Source of the DNA: Eledone cirrhosa
Lineage: Eukaryota
Assembly (NCBI GenBank): GCA_964016885.1
Contig: OZ024751.1
Coordinates: 11,656,001-11,720,000, forward strand
DNA length: 64,000 nt
Direction: 5' to 3'
Part shown: positions 1 through 14,934 of the stretch, piece after piece
How the letters are laid out: each line of letters opens with the position of its first letter
How positions within the stretch are numbered: position 1 is the stretch's first letter
The notes under the pieces: model-generated
The model's input: the letters and a program-made list of their open reading frames with translations, nothing else
Databases searched by the model: none
Told to the model about the DNA's origin: nothing
Made by a program: the position numbers and the translations under genes

Positions 1-171
<171 letters not shown>

Positions 172-454
172 GTGTGTAAAGTGTATTCGAATCTCATACA
201 TTTGTTACAAATTATACAAATAAAATATAAATTGCACACAAACAATAGATGAACGTTGTTTAAAATAAATATTTATTCATCGTATATAGTTTTAAGGCTG
301 CGTTAATATATCTATTGTAATTTTATGTCGTTGTTGAATTTAATTTCTAAAGCTGAAACAGTATTTAGTTTACAATCACTCTTTATTTCAGTATTGTCAT
401 ATTTCTCATCTAATGTTTGCCAACAGTAAATCTCTTACTTATCTATATATTGTG

Positions 455-1200
455 CCATCTATGTTTTCATTATAGAACCTATATAGCACTATATTTTTAG
501 TACTTTTTTATGTAACTTAATAAGGACTTGGGAGTTGTGACTATTGGTATTTTTGCATGTTCCAAGAGCAGCGAGAATGTTGCTGTTTTACACGGTTTAC
601 TATCTAGTGAAGGCGTGTGGCTGAGTGGTTAGAGAATTGGATTCTCAATCGTAAGGTTGTGAGTTCGATTCCTGGACCAGCGATGCGTTATGTCCTTGGG
701 CAAGACACTTTATTTCACGTTGCTCCTTCTACCTGGAGTTGCGACCGATAGATAGTATTAGCAATTGGAAAGACCAACGGAAACATTGTTCCCTCGGTCC
801 GATTTGACGAAAGTCGATCGTTTCTAATAAAATACTATCTAACAATTCTTTTACATCCGTGTTTTCAACATAACACCTGTCGTACTATCATTTTAGTACT
901 TTTTATGTACTCTATTAAGGGGTTGTAAATTCTGACACTGGGTTTTTCTACGTGTTCCAGGATCAGCGGGGATGATGCTGTATTATTCAGTTCAATCTGG
1001 AGCAATATATTTTCATCTATGTTTTCATTATAGTACCTGTCGTACTCTATGTTATTACTTTATTTTATGTAATTTAGTAAAGGGTTGTGAATTGTGACCA
1101 TTGGTGTTTTTATATGTTCTAAGAATAGCGAGAATGATGCTGTTCTATTCAGCTCAATCTTTTATTCAGCTCAATCTTTTATTCAGCTCAATCTTTAGCA
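455..1200. repeat. Three diverged ~150-170 bp direct repeats, interrupted by a SINE
   Basis: Blocks like 'tagtactttttatgta..taagg..ttgtgac.attggt.tttt...tgttc.aaga..agcgagaatg.tgctgt' recur at ~495, ~893 and ~1055. Confidence 0.65.
610..830 (+). mobile_element. tRNA-derived SINE, family S1 (CORE-like body)
   Basis: A box TGGCTGAGTGG (~618) and B box GAGTTCGATTCC (661); 'tccttgggcaagacactt' is CORE-like; near-identical reverse copy at 49720-49934. Confidence 0.9.
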
Positions 1201-2899
1201 TTTTGATGTCTATAGGAAAAATTGTGCAGGGGTTATGTGAATTGAATGGAGCTGAAAGGATTGGGTGTTGTTGCTGTGATGTTTGCGTTGGACACTTTAT
1301 AAGAGGAAATGCGACGAATGATTGAGAATGCACACGTGTTTGTGGCAAGACACCAGCCAGGTTCAAAGTACTAAGGTTTTGTAATAGAGAATATATAACA
1401 CGTCTGTATTTGAGAAGCTGCAGTGGCCTCATACCATTGTAGCAGGTAGCCTTTATTTCTGATGAGAACTAGAATACGTGTGTGTGTGTTCAGTAGCAAC
1501 TGCAGCAGTGTCCCATATTTGGGAGGAAGTACTTCATTGTTTATCTCATGTGAGCATTGTAGTTGGTTAGAAGTTGTGGGTGACTCAAATATATACTGTC
1601 TCTGAAAAAAAAGACTAGGTTTTTACAGTCCATTTATTTCTATAAGATATGTTCAGTTACATTAGGGCCTAGAATATGGAACGATTGTCAGAAATTCGGT
1701 TACCCGCGTTTGATTCGTTTGAAAATCAACTGAGTATTCAATGATAAGTGAAAACCAAATCTATTACCGAACGACTGACTCAGTTCATTTGGAGGATTGC
1801 TTCGTTTTCATTCACCCAATTGCTTTCACAAAGTTTGTGCTGACGCAGAACTATCATTAAAACACATTCTAACATATGTTATACAATGAGAACGATTGCA
1901 GAAACATTCAAGCATTAAAATAATGACTTGAAACGCAATGACACTTCTTACAGAAAAACAATATACATTGCTAACTAGCTTTAATTCTTTTTTGCTGACA
2001 AGTTGTTTGTATTAAACCAATACAATTTTGAACTTCATGTGTCTAACAATAAGATGAACTGCAAGAAAGTTGTTCTATATGATACGTCTAGAAGGAAAAG
2101 GGACATATTAATTCACATTTAGGACATATACCTTATCATTTTTGGTAAATTCATTAATAAAACGTTTCTATGTCTCCCAGAAGGAAAATGAATTGATTAT
2201 TTCATCTCTGGGACAGCCAACACTTTTGAAAGTAAAGTTTTTAAAGTTACGATTGATATCTTCCCGAACATTTGTTATATGTTATATTTACCTTATAGGA
2301 ATTACTTAATCAGCAGCAGTAAACAACGATCGTTTTAAAGATGATGTAATATGTATTTAGTTGCAAGACGGTAGGCTGATTTCAGGGGGATTTGTGAAAT
2401 AATTTTAGTAGTTGGCGAACCATTTAGAGTCTGTTGCAAGTGAGGGGCTGTAAAATTGAGCGAGATATAGCTGCTTTTACTTGCAGTTCCAGCGGCAACT
2501 TACATGGGTCTTTATTAGATTGCTTGAGTAGAATTTGTGCAGCAAATCGTGAGTCGATAGATTATCGGATAGAATGTTTGGCGGCATGCATTCTGGCTCA
2601 ATCATTTACTGAATTCAAATCCCACCTAAGGCAAGTTAGCATTTCTTCCTTTCAGTGTCGACAGCAACATACCAATCTAGTATTGTGGTCTGCTCATTTC
2701 CTCCTCTCTATCTCACTTTTTCTATCCATCTGGAAGAAATCGACTCTGTTTAGACCTGGAGAGGAGATGGACCCAGCCATGTTTAAAATTACCATACACA
2801 CTGAATGTCCCGACGGCGAAATTCGTCTCCGCCATATATACATACATACATACATGCATGCATGCATAAAGGCTTAATGATATTGTTATTTCGGACCTC

Positions 2900-3300
2900 A
2901 CATTCAAAACATGTTCTGTAGAACTCAGCTCCCCACATGATGTTAGTGTGATAAGAAAAGTTCAAGAGACAGTGAATATCTACGGACCATTGATGAGGTT
3001 CCAGTATCCAAAAATACATGTACAGTTACATACCCGTTATTTTTGGAGCTATAGGTTATTTACTAGCTCACCTGGACCAAAGCATATAAAAGTTTGAGTT
3101 TCCAAAGAAAGAAAGTTGTACCTTAATGAATATTACAAATGGCTGCAATATATGGAACCTTCGAAATTTGTGAAACATTCTTCCTAGTCAAAGAACGAAC
3201 GCTTACTCAAGAGTCGACAATGTCTTTCTTTACAATCTTGCCACCGCAAAGGGAGCCGGTGAAATAAACTTAAAATTGAGAAAAAGAGAATACATACATA
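2900..3300 (+). mobile_element. Decayed 3' fragment of an RLE-type (R4/Dong-like) non-LTR retrotransposon
   Basis: Diverged paralog of 4090-4540 (shared 'atctacggaccattgatgagg'); flanked by CATA repeats. Confidence 0.7.
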
Positions 3301-3301
3301 C

Positions 3302-3840
3302 ATGAGGGCTGCCTTCTCGTTATCGAGTATGGCCATTGCACGATATACCATTATTAATAATTATTACTTAATTCTATCGTGCAATGCACGTGCGTGAAGA
3401 TATTTTTTAAAGTGAGGAAAGACTGTGAACTGTGCCAATCCCACTCTCTGAGCGACAGTAGCTATAACACGAATAGAAGAACAGATCAACATCATCGGTA
3501 ACTACTGGGCCGCAGGTTTTATATCGGAGTTATCCCAGTTTCATTAGTTGCCTTCTCCTAGAAGAATGCCTTGACAAAGGCTAGGGGTCCTTCACTCCCA
3601 GTGGTTTAACCGCGCGGTACATGTCTATATACATATTTACACACTTTCGGATGGCTGTTGACACTTATGAGTTCTTCCGCTCTTTGTCAGGTTTTGTTTT
3701 TTATCCTGCAGGGTGTCCAAAATCACCCTTCTCACCAAGTAAACTTGGTGGAGTTGCCGGTTTAGTCGCCGACGACCCGACCATGCGACAGGTTGTACTG
3801 GGTTACATATTACCAGTAGCACTCAAGAGTGACCCGACAT
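3302..3840 (-). mobile_element. Non-autonomous RTE-related short element
   Basis: Reverse-complement similarity to 47311-47910; its 3' part is repeated at 63569-63765; bordered by CATA. Confidence 0.7.
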
Positions 3841-3846
3841 ACATAG

Positions 3847-4045
3847 GATAACTGAACTTGTATTTGTGGACAAAGAATGCAGATCCCTAATTCATAGACT
3901 ACAATTGGCTGTGATAGCTGGCACCTTTAAAATTTGCAAAACATTCTTTCGATTCAAGGGATGACAATTTCTTTTATTTTACAACCTTGCCACCAGGAAG
4001 GTGGTCGGTCAGATATGTACTCGAAATTAAGAGAAAGAGAAACAC
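3847..4045 (+). mobile_element. RLE-LINE 3' tail
   Basis: Near copy of 4345-4537, ending in (CATA)n. Confidence 0.8.
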
Positions 4046-4089
4046 ATTCATACATACATATATACATACATACATACACACACACATAA

Positions 4090-4540
4090 ATACACAAAAC
4101 TGCCACAAAATTAAAGCACAACTGGTCTGATATTGTTGTTTGGGACCACACATTGAAAATGTGTTCTGTTGTGGAGATCAGCTGCCCACTTGATGTAAAC
4201 GTTGTCAGAAAAATACAGAAGGAGGACATCTACGGACCATTGATGAGGAGTTTACAAATTCAGTATCCAAGATACACCTTTAGCTTCATACCCATCATTA
4301 TTGGAGTTACGGGTTATATACCAACCCGCTTGGACCAAAGTATGACTGAACTTGGATTTGCGGACAAAAAGCGCAGCTCCCTAATTCATAGTCTGCAAAT
4401 GGCTGCGATAGCTGGCACTTTCAACATTTGCAAAATATTCTTGCGATTCAAGGGATGACAATTTCTTTTCATTTACAACCTTGCCACCAGGAAGGTGGCC
4501 GGTCAAAAAAATATACTCGAAATTAAGAGAAAGAGATAAC
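4090..4540 (+). mobile_element. 5'-truncated R4/Dong-like non-LTR retrotransposon (restriction-like endonuclease C-terminus + 3' UTR)
   Basis: Translation HNWSDIVVWD..KMCSVVEISCP..Y..L..SLQ..IPIIIGVTGYIP fits the PD..(D/E) RLE domain of R4-clade elements; ends in (CATA)n. Confidence 0.8.
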
Positions 4541-4849
4541 ACATATACATACATACATACACATATACATACATTCACAGGAGCAGTAGTAGTGGGGAAA
4601 GCTGGAAACTGGGAAGACGCTAGTGGCTGAAGTAACAACCCTGGTATCAGCTCCATCTCTAACCACAGTGAATATATCAGACTGTAGTAACACTTATGGT
4701 GGACAGAGCAGTATTAGCAGCAGTAGTTACAGCAATGGAAACTTTTGTAGCAGCAGTAATATGGCAGTAGATCTAATGGCAGTAGTATCAACAGTAAAAA
4801 CAGCAGCAGGGCTTGTTCCATTATTTATTTGCTTGTTACAATCATCAGA

Positions 4850-6715
4850 AAGGGCCATGCTGGTGATCACTGCAGCAACAACATCAACAACAGCAGTGAG
4901 TAATAACTGTAACTGCAGCAGTGGCAGCAGGCCATCACTACAGGAAAAGCAGCAATATCAGCAGCAGACGATCACTGTAGCAACAACACAAGGTGATCAC
5001 TACAACAGCAGCAGCATCAGTAGCAGCTTCAGTAGCCGCAGGTGATCACTGATATAATAGCAGCGACAGCAGCAGTAGGCGATCAATGCAGCAACAACAG
5101 CAGTAGCAGCAGGCAATCACTGCAAGAACAACATCAACATCAGCAGTAGCAGCCGGAGATCACTCCAGCAGCAGCAGAAGGCGATCACTGCACTAGCAGC
5201 AGCAGGTGATTACTGCAACAACAACAGCAACATCAGCAGCAGGTGATAACTGCAGCAATAGCAGCAGGTGATCGCTGCAGCATCACTAGCAATAGCAGTA
5301 GCACCAGCAGGCGATCACAGCAGCAGCAGCAGCATGCAATCATTGCAGCCGCAGCAGCAACATCGCAGCAGGAGATCACTGCAGAACAACAACAGCAGCA
5401 GTAGCAGCCGTAGCAGGCGATCTCTACAGCAGCAGCAGCAACACCACAGCAGCAGCAGGCGATCACTGCAGCAACACCAGCAGCAGGAGAACACTGCAGA
5501 AGCAGCAGCAGCAGTAGCAGTAGCAGCCGTAGCAGGCGACCACTGCAGCAGCAGCATTAGCAGCAGCTAGCGATCACTGCAGCAATACCAGCAGAAGTTG
5601 ATAATTGCAAAAGTAGCAGCAGCAGCAGTAGCGGTAGCAGCAGCAAGCGATCATTGCAGCAACAACAGCGGCAGGCGATCACTGCAAAAGCAGCAGCAGG
5701 CGATCACTGCAGCAACACCAGCAGCAGGCGATCATTGCAGCAACAGTAGCAGTGGCAGCAACACCAGCAGGGGGTCACTGCAGCAACACTAGCAGCAGGC
5801 GATCATTGCAGAAGCAGCAGCAGTAGCAGCAGCCAACGATCACTGCAGCAACACCAGCAGCAGGCGATCATTGCAGCATCAGTAGCAGTGGCCACAACAC
5901 CAGCAGGGGATCACTGCAGCAACACTAGCAGCAGGCGATCATTGCAGAAGCAGCAGCAGTAGCAGCAGCCAACGATCACTGCAGCAACACCAGCAGCAGG
6001 CGATCATTGCAGCATCAGTATCAGTGGCAGCAACACCAGCAGGGGGTCACTGCAGCAACACTAGCAGCAGGCGATCATTGCAGAAGCAGCAGCAGTAGCA
6101 GCAGCCAACGATCACTGCAGCAACACCAGCAGCAGGCGATCATTGCAGCATCAGTAGCAGTGGCAGCAACACCAGCAGGGGATCACTGCAGCAACACTAG
6201 CAGCAGGCGATCATTGCAGAAGCAGCAGCAGCAGTAGCAGCAGCCAACGATCACTGCAGCAACACCAGCAGCAGGCGATCATTGCAGCATCAGTAGCAGT
6301 GGCAGCAACACCAGCAGGGGATCACTGCAGCAACACTAGCAGCAGGCGATCATTGCAGAAGCAGCAGCAGCAGCAGTAGCAGCAGCAGTAGCAGCAGCAG
6401 CAGCAGTAGCAGCAGCCAACGATCACTGCAGCAACACCAGCAGCAGGCGATCATTGCAGAAGCAGCAGCAGCCAACGATCACTGCAGCAACACCAGCAGC
6501 AGGCGATCATTGCAGAAGCAGCAGCAGCCAACGATCACTGCAGCAACACCAGCAGCAGGCGATCATTGCAGAAGCAGCAGCAGCCAACGATCACTGCAGC
6601 AACACCAGCAGCAGGCGATCATTGCAGAAGCAGCAGCAGCCAACGATCACTGCAGCAACACCAGCAGCAGGCGATCATTGCAGAAGCAGCAGCAGCCAAC
6701 GATCACTGCAGCATT
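4850..6715. repeat. CAG-rich satellite: ~28 bp monomer, ~136 bp higher-order unit, terminal 56 bp dimer array
   Basis: Anchor 'agccaacgatc' at 5831, 5967, 6103, 6242, 6414, then every 56 bp to ~6694. Confidence 0.92.
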
Positions 6716-6909
6716 ATCAGACATCAGCTAATATTATTGTCAAGAGGAAAGCCACAGAGGGATGCGGCTTTTAACAATGGTTAACCGCAAAACCCGAGGA
6801 CGTCTGAAAAATTTAGCGTCATTGATTTAATCAGAAGCGTCATCTTGTTTCATGATTGTAAACACACGCATGCTCACACGTTCATAAACACACTAAAATA
6901 CAAATGCGT

Positions 6910-6965
<56 letters not shown>

Positions 6966-7215
6966 GTGACGTGCGAAGGGAAAGAACGCTGATAGATAGA
7001 CGGAAAGACTAACGGAACAGAGGCCGAATGATAGACAGTCAGATAGACAAGAGGATAGATAAGCAGGCAGACAGACAGATTGGCAGGCGGACAGACTTAG
7101 GGAGAGACAGCTAGAGGGAGCAACTGACAGACTGACAGCCTCAGAAACCTGCAGTGAATATATTTCATTGGCAAATCTGATAGACAGAAAGACATAGAGA
7201 CTTAGAGATTGACAT

Positions 7216-7296
<81 letters not shown>

Positions 7297-7378
7297 TATA
7301 TATATATATATATATATATAGATAGATATATAGATATATTTAGTAAGTAAGTTAATTTTATAATTTTCTTATTTTACG

Positions 7379-7437
<59 letters not shown>

Positions 7438-7450
7438 CATACATACATAC

Positions 7451-7507
<57 letters not shown>

Positions 7508-7526
7508 AATCTTGCTAAACAAATTC

Positions 7527-7741
<215 letters not shown>

Positions 7742-7756
7742 TATATATATATATAT

Positions 7757-8140
7757 ATTGGTAAACGGAATAGAAAATGGTGACAAATTGTTCACAGTTG
7801 AAAAATGGTTTAATTAGGAATAAAAGAGTATTAGTGATTGTATGGGTTAGTATTCAGTTGTGGTTTTAAGTTTTTAAGTTTTAACCGGTTGCGCATTTCT
7901 AAATGCTTTTCAAAAATAATTTTGAGATAGAGTGTCCGTGCTGTTTTCTCTGATCTCGGACACTCTATCTCAAAATTATTTTTGAAAAGCATTCAGAAAT
8001 GCGCAACCGGTAAAAACTTAAAAACTTAAAACCACAACTGAATACTAACCCATACAATCTCTAATTCTCTTTTATTCCTAATTAAACCATTTTTCAACTG
8101 TGAACAATTTGTCAGCATTTTCTATTCCGTTTACCAATAT
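7757..8140. repeat. Fold-back palindrome, ~180 bp arms, ~18 nt loop, TA-flanked
   Basis: 7757-7938 is the reverse complement of 7957-8140 with a few mismatches. Confidence 0.95.
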
Positions 8141-8172
8141 ATAATAACTTGTGTGTTACACCTCTATTCTTT

Positions 8173-8287
<115 letters not shown>

Positions 8288-8347
8288 CGACATATGTATA
8301 TGTATATATATATATATCGACATATGTATATGTATATATATATATAA

Positions 8348-8480
8348 CTGGTTCTACTATTGGCACAAGGCCACCAAAACCCAGTACATTACTGGTACTT
8401 TATTTTATTGACCCCGTAAGGATGAAAGGCAAAGTTAACCTCGGCTGGATTTGAACTCAGAATGACAAGGGCCGTAACTC
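8348..8480 (-). mobile_element. SINE family S2 fragment
   Basis: Reverse complement of 35830-35970. Confidence 0.85.
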
Positions 8481-8614
8481 TCTCTATATATATAACGAAG
8501 GAAATGTGGTAAGGAAACAGATGGACCATAACGCATCAAAGTACTCAATACTTAGGGTAGTAGAGTGGGTAATAGTCCAGAATTAGTCCAGAATTAGCAG
8601 TCGAATATATACCG

Positions 8615-9090
<476 letters not shown>

Positions 9091-9149
9091 TAACGGCGAT
9101 GAATTAGTTTTGCGAGGTTTTTGATATGAAATCGTGTGTCGAAACAAAT

Positions 9150-9994
9150 ATTGTTATACTTGGGGAGGGTCATATTTGTGTAATATTGCCAGAATTAATA
9201 ACAGAACACACTCACTGTTTGGTTGGTTTTCGCTTTTCGCTTCTGTGTCTTTTATATCGGTAATCTAATTTATTCGGTCCTCAATGTTGCCATTGACTGA
9301 CCAGCGGTCAAAAATAATACAGATACAATATAGACACGAACACATATATATATAGTTCATCAAAGTTCTTTCGTTGCACATCTGCAACATCGTCAGTGGT
9401 CCTATTGTTTCCTGTTAAACAGAAAACATGAATGGAATAACAACAACACCCAAAACAAACAACACTGACCTAAGAGAAGTATAAATAAATAAATAAATAG
9501 ATAAATAAATAAATAAATACATACACAAGCACAATAACAACAAACACATATAAACACACACTAGTAAAGATAGAATACATTAACCAATACACAGTCACCC
9601 AATCACGAACACACATCAAACAAAACACTATACACACACGCAAACGCATGCGCAAAGAAGACAAAATAAAATAAACAAATAAATAAATATATAAGCAGAC
9701 TAAATAAAGATGGCGTAGAAAATACAATGTAACCGGAGGAAACAATAGCACCAGTGACGATGTTCCAGATGTGCAACGAAAGAACTTTGATAAACTATAT
9801 ATATATGTGTTTGTGTCTATATTGTATCTGTATTATTTTTGACCGTTGCTCAGTCAATGGCAACATTGAGGACCGAATAAATGAGATTACCGATATAAAA
9901 GACACAGAAGAGAAAAGCGATAACCAACCAAACAGTGAGTGTGTTCTGTTATTAATTGTGGCAATATTACACAAATATGACCCTCCCCAAGTAT

Positions 9995-9998
<4 letters not shown>
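9150..9998. mobile_element. PLE family P-B 3' region with an inverted copy of its 3' end (arms ~9152-9413 and ~9737-9997)
   Basis: Arms are reverse complements; 9430-9997 is the reverse complement of 29297-29840. Confidence 0.88.
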
Positions 9999-10054
<56 letters not shown>

Positions 10055-10185
10055 CTATATGTATATATATAATTGAATATAACATTTTATGTTCAATTAT
10101 ATTGCACGGCCCGGAAAAATTTGTTTCCTTGAGCTATTTAATTGTAAGAGACTATTTTGAGTTTATAACTCAATATATACCTCTG

Positions 10186-10249
<64 letters not shown>

Positions 10250-10254
<5 letters not shown>

Positions 10255-11055
10255 TATGTATACGTACATACATATATGTATACAGTAGTATGTATATATA
10301 CACAAACATGCACACATATATGTACGTACGTATGGGTTTACCGAACATTTATTATAATGATCGGTTTGTTGTAAACAAACAGCCCGAATTACGCCGTACA
10401 GTGTTCGGCAACCATCGTTGCCTTTTTGTTCAACATTGACACAGGAAAAATGTACTAGTTTCAAAGCTTATTGGCTATCCTCAGCATCGTATACCTTCCT
10501 GTCAGATGATTGAACGTTTGAAAGTATATACTTTCCTTGTGTATATTAACGGCTGAGCACCCTAATTTGCATATCGAGTAAGTTAGTCGGCCGGGCGTAT
10601 CGAAAACGATAAATGGAAAAGAATGAAACGAAATATCATTTCTCACTCTTAGCACGGCTGATACCTAAATATAAGTATGTATACGTACATACATATATGT
10701 GTACAGACGTAGAGTAGTATGTATATATATATACATACATGCACACACACATATATATATATATATGTAGGTATGGATTTACCAAACACTTATTATAATG
10801 TTCTGTTTGTTTGTAAACAAACAGCTAGAATTATGCCGTACAGTGTTCGGCAACGATCGGCGGGTTTTTGTTCAACACTGACACAGAAACGATGTACTAG
10901 TTTCAATGTGCTAGTACATATACATATGTGTGTATGTATGTATATATATACATACTACTGTACGTCTGTACACATATATGTATGTACGTATACATACTTA
11001 TATTTAAGTAACAGCCGTACTAAGAGTGAGAAATGTTATTTATTTTCATTCTTTT

Positions 11056-11060
<5 letters not shown>
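10250..11060. repeat. Rearranged repeat: direct duplication (10250-10465 vs 10670-10905) plus inversion (10612-10740 vs 10935-11058)
   Basis: Direct and reverse-complement matches; another piece at 35645-35715. Confidence 0.8.
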
Positions 11061-11103
<43 letters not shown>

Positions 11104-11105
<2 letters not shown>

Positions 11106-11530
11106 AGGGAGTGTAACTTAGAGTTACTGTAGTTACCCGAGTGAGTACTCGATGTTTAGCTTCACTTCAGTGCCGAGGTGTAGACCTAGACAGAGAGTAT
11201 TATAGTGAAATAAGTTAACAAGGCCATTGGTTACTCCTTCATTACATTTATTGGTTGGTGACGCGCGTTTCCCCACGGATCATCTCAAAGTTCGATCTGT
11301 ATCGATCTATCCCGACTCTGTAATCTGCGGCTTGTCCGACCACTTTACTAGCCTTACAAGGAGTCCGACGAGCCCTCCACTAGATTTACAAGGGATCCGA
11401 CGAGCCGCAGATTACAGAGTCGGGTAAGATCGATACAGATCGAACCTTGAGCTGGTCAGTAGCGAAACACGCTTCACCAACCAATAAATGTCATGAAGGA
11501 GTAACCAATCGTCCTTGTTATCTTTTCACT
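11104..11530. mobile_element. Fold-back PLE-type fragment (arms 11204-11338 and 11397-11530) with a degenerate HHR
   Basis: Inverted arms; CCGACGA (11397)..GAAAC (11464); the left arm reads GAAAC-GCGC-GTC on the minus strand. Confidence 0.75.
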
Positions 11531-11614
11531 ATATATATATATATATAAAGAGAGAGAGACAAAGGGAGAGAGAGAGATACATATAGAGAGATCGAGAGAG
11601 AGATACATATAGAG

Positions 11615-11675
<61 letters not shown>

Positions 11676-11676
11676 A

Positions 11677-11755
<79 letters not shown>

Positions 11756-11845
11756 CATGAATGAACCTGTTATTTTTTTCTGTAGCAACATATTTTTCTG
11801 ATTCCGCCCTGCCCGACCCTTCAATCTTTCTAATTTCTCAATATT

Positions 11846-11881
11846 TCTTCTGATGAAGGACTAGCGTCCGAAACGATAAGA
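11846..11881 (+). ncRNA. Minimal hammerhead-like motif (mutated cleavage triplet)
   Basis: tctt-CTGATGA-a-GGAC-tagc-GTCC-GAAAC-gat-aaga. Confidence 0.65.
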
Positions 11882-12689
11882 TCCTCTTCCTGCTATTTCA
11901 AGCGTTAACCTAATACATTCCATCCATATACAGTACCGATTGTGTTGTTATTTCTGTTTAACTTTTACATATATATTTTTTTCCCTTTACCTTTTAAAAA
12001 AAACAAAGAGGGAGGGAAGAGGGAGAGAGTGACGGTGAGAAAGATAAAAGGATCCAGAGAAAATGAACGATACATATCTTACAAAATAAGATCAGTAGTG
12101 GTTCTTGTTGTTTAGCCCCACACAAGCTCTAATCTAGTCGTATGATTAAAGATATTCCTGCCATAGCCATCCCGGCTTATTCAGACATAGTTCATTATCT
12201 GTGTTCATTAACCAATATAAGTTTCATTTTATGCAAAATTCTGTAGTATGTGATTTCAAAAGACATAGTTTCTACGTTAGGAAGGCCAAGTAATATACAG
12301 TGACAGAAGAAAAATGAGAAGGTCAGAATTAAAGGAATTTGAGGAGGCAGCAGGCCCTACTTGTTAAGAGGTTGCTTGACAGTAATTAGATTCAAGGTTC
12401 GATGCCACTAAATGGAATCTTGAGCAAGTTTCGTTTAACATACCCTTGGGTTCACCCATACCTTGTGAATGAAAGTGGCTGTTCTGTTAATCGAACAACT
12501 GCTACATATATTGTAGAAACTGACCAAGACCTGTCCACGAGATATCGGCACAACATAAAAGATACAATATGTGACAGAGTAAACCTGGGGTTCAGATATA
12601 ATAAATACCATTTGTCCAGTAGATTTTAACGTAATGATAACCAGTATAAAAGAAAACGAAAAAATATCTGTGACTTAGTGAAAAACTAC

Positions 12690-13113
<424 letters not shown>

Positions 13114-13295
13114 TTATACATATACATACAAACATATATATATATATATATTCCTTTAGGTTTGTTGGTTCACCAGTGGATAGACATGGTCATTCCGTGC
13201 GGTCAATCCTGGTGTACTATTATGAGGAGTACTCAATGCAGTGTAGTTCACCCATCTTCGTTTGTGTAGTTGGTGGTGCGAATACGGAGTTAATT

Positions 13296-13589
13296 ATAAA
13301 TGAATAACAGGAGGCTGGACTGGTGTAAATCCTTGAAAGGTTTATTATACTATGATCATTTCAATGACCGGGTTCCATACGAATCTTTTGAGGGCGGCTG
13401 GCTGAGAGGCTAGTTGGTCAGCCGTCCTCTCTGTCTCTGATTTTTCGGACCCATGGCTTTTTACATATTCCTTTGTTATATTCCAATACCTGATGATATC
13501 ACCCGCTTCATATGGAACCCGGTCTTTGAAATGATCATAGTATAATAAACCTTTCAAGGATTTACACCAGTCCAGCCTCCTGTTATTTC

Positions 13590-13596
<7 letters not shown>
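13296..13596. mobile_element. Fold-back element (arms 13296-13383 and 13507-13596)
   Basis: Near-perfect reverse-complement arms; TA tract downstream. Confidence 0.9.
13486..13543 (+). ncRNA. Minimal type I hammerhead ribozyme motif
   Basis: atac-CTGATGA-...-GAAA-T-gatc-A-T-A-gtat; palindromic stem III ATGATCAT; 4-bp stem I; stem II only partly paired. Confidence 0.7.
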
Positions 13597-13648
<52 letters not shown>

Positions 13649-13758
13649 TTAGTGTGTGTGTGCAGATCTGTGTACTATATATGAAATATCTATACGTATA
13701 CAGCAACACGCACATGCATATATATATATATATATAATATATATATGTATATATATAT

Positions 13759-13791
<33 letters not shown>

Positions 13792-13908
13792 AAATATATA
13801 TATATATATAAATGTATGCATATATACATATGTATAATTGTCCTTGCATGTGGTTTTCTCTCTAACTATTCATTTCTTTTGTCTGCACAAAACGATCTTT
13901 CCTTGCAG

Positions 13909-13913
13909 ACATG
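13909..13913 (+). other. Candidate 5-nt microexon ACATG
   Basis: Branch point CTAAC (13862), AG-free pyrimidine tract, ttccttgcAG|ACATG|GTGAGT. Confidence 0.45.
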
Positions 13914-14934
13914 GTGAGTCACCGAACATGGCCCCCTCCTCCACACCAAAAAGAATAAATATATAAATAAATAAAAATACGGCAACCACAACAACGACGA
14001 CGACACCACCATTAACTGCACCATCACTTACACTACCAAAACCTCTACCCACAACTACCCACAACTACCACCAACACCACCACCACCACTATCATTCCTA
14101 CTACAACCACTACCACACACAACAACCATAAAATATGGCCAATTGCAGAGAAGCAGCGAAGAAGATAAAGACTAAAAGTGGAAAGCTAATCGCATGAAAG
14201 GAAGTGGACAGCACGGAATTAACTAACTGTATACAATATGTACTATTAACTGGACAGTGGACTTGAGCGGGACTGAGGGTAGAGGAAGGAGGAGAGACAT
14301 GTGTACGTATGTGATGTGATGGGAGGTGAAATAAAGAAGGATGTTAAGAGGGTGTAGTGAAACACAAATAAATTGACCGCGGCAATTATTACAGCGAATT
14401 TCAACGTCAGAGTTGTGACGTGATAATGGCCTTAGTGAAAGTGACAAGGCAGATATATTTGGCCTGCCCATTGTCCGTTGTGTTTTTGCCATATCTGTCC
14501 ACTGTAATTTGTGCGTGTAGTATAGATGTAGGGTGATATTTAAAGGGTATTTTCCCAGCGCTATGCAAGCTAAAAGGCTCTATTCGCAACAACTACACAG
14601 ATCGGTTATGCTGTTATAGTGTTAAAAAAAACACATGTTACAAGCACCAAGTCCCTCGAATACATCACATCTTAAAAGAAGCGTATCACAAAACATCAAC
14701 ACGCACCCCCAAACCCCCCACACATTCACATGTATGTATAATTCAAATGCATGTATAATAACGTCAGATAATGGTGTGAGAAAACAAGTGAAACCTCAGA
14801 GCAACAAGACTCACCAGTTAGCTATAATAAAGAATATTTCAACTCTACATCTTTATTGAGTATTTATCCTCGCGCCCGTTAACAGCACACAGATACACAC
14901 ACACACACCTATATATATATATATATATATATAT

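Noticed and set aside
610-680. tRNA gene
   Set aside because: The tRNA-like head runs into a repeated SINE body without an acceptor stem or terminator; same at 25970 and 35785.
1220-1590. Possible decayed LINE ORF1 zinc knuckles on the minus strand (also 2434-2832 as a LINE 5' end)
   Set aside because: Cys/His spacing is too degraded to support a call.
4623-6784. PolyQ/S/A ORFs
   Set aside because: Satellite with 56- and 136-bp periods that shift frame; no splice or domain evidence.
7757-8140. Palindromes as MITEs or wholesale assembly artefacts
   Set aside because: Arms carry independent mismatches, apexes vary within families, and one arm usually extends as an unpaired tail. Artefact is not excluded for 19206-19580.
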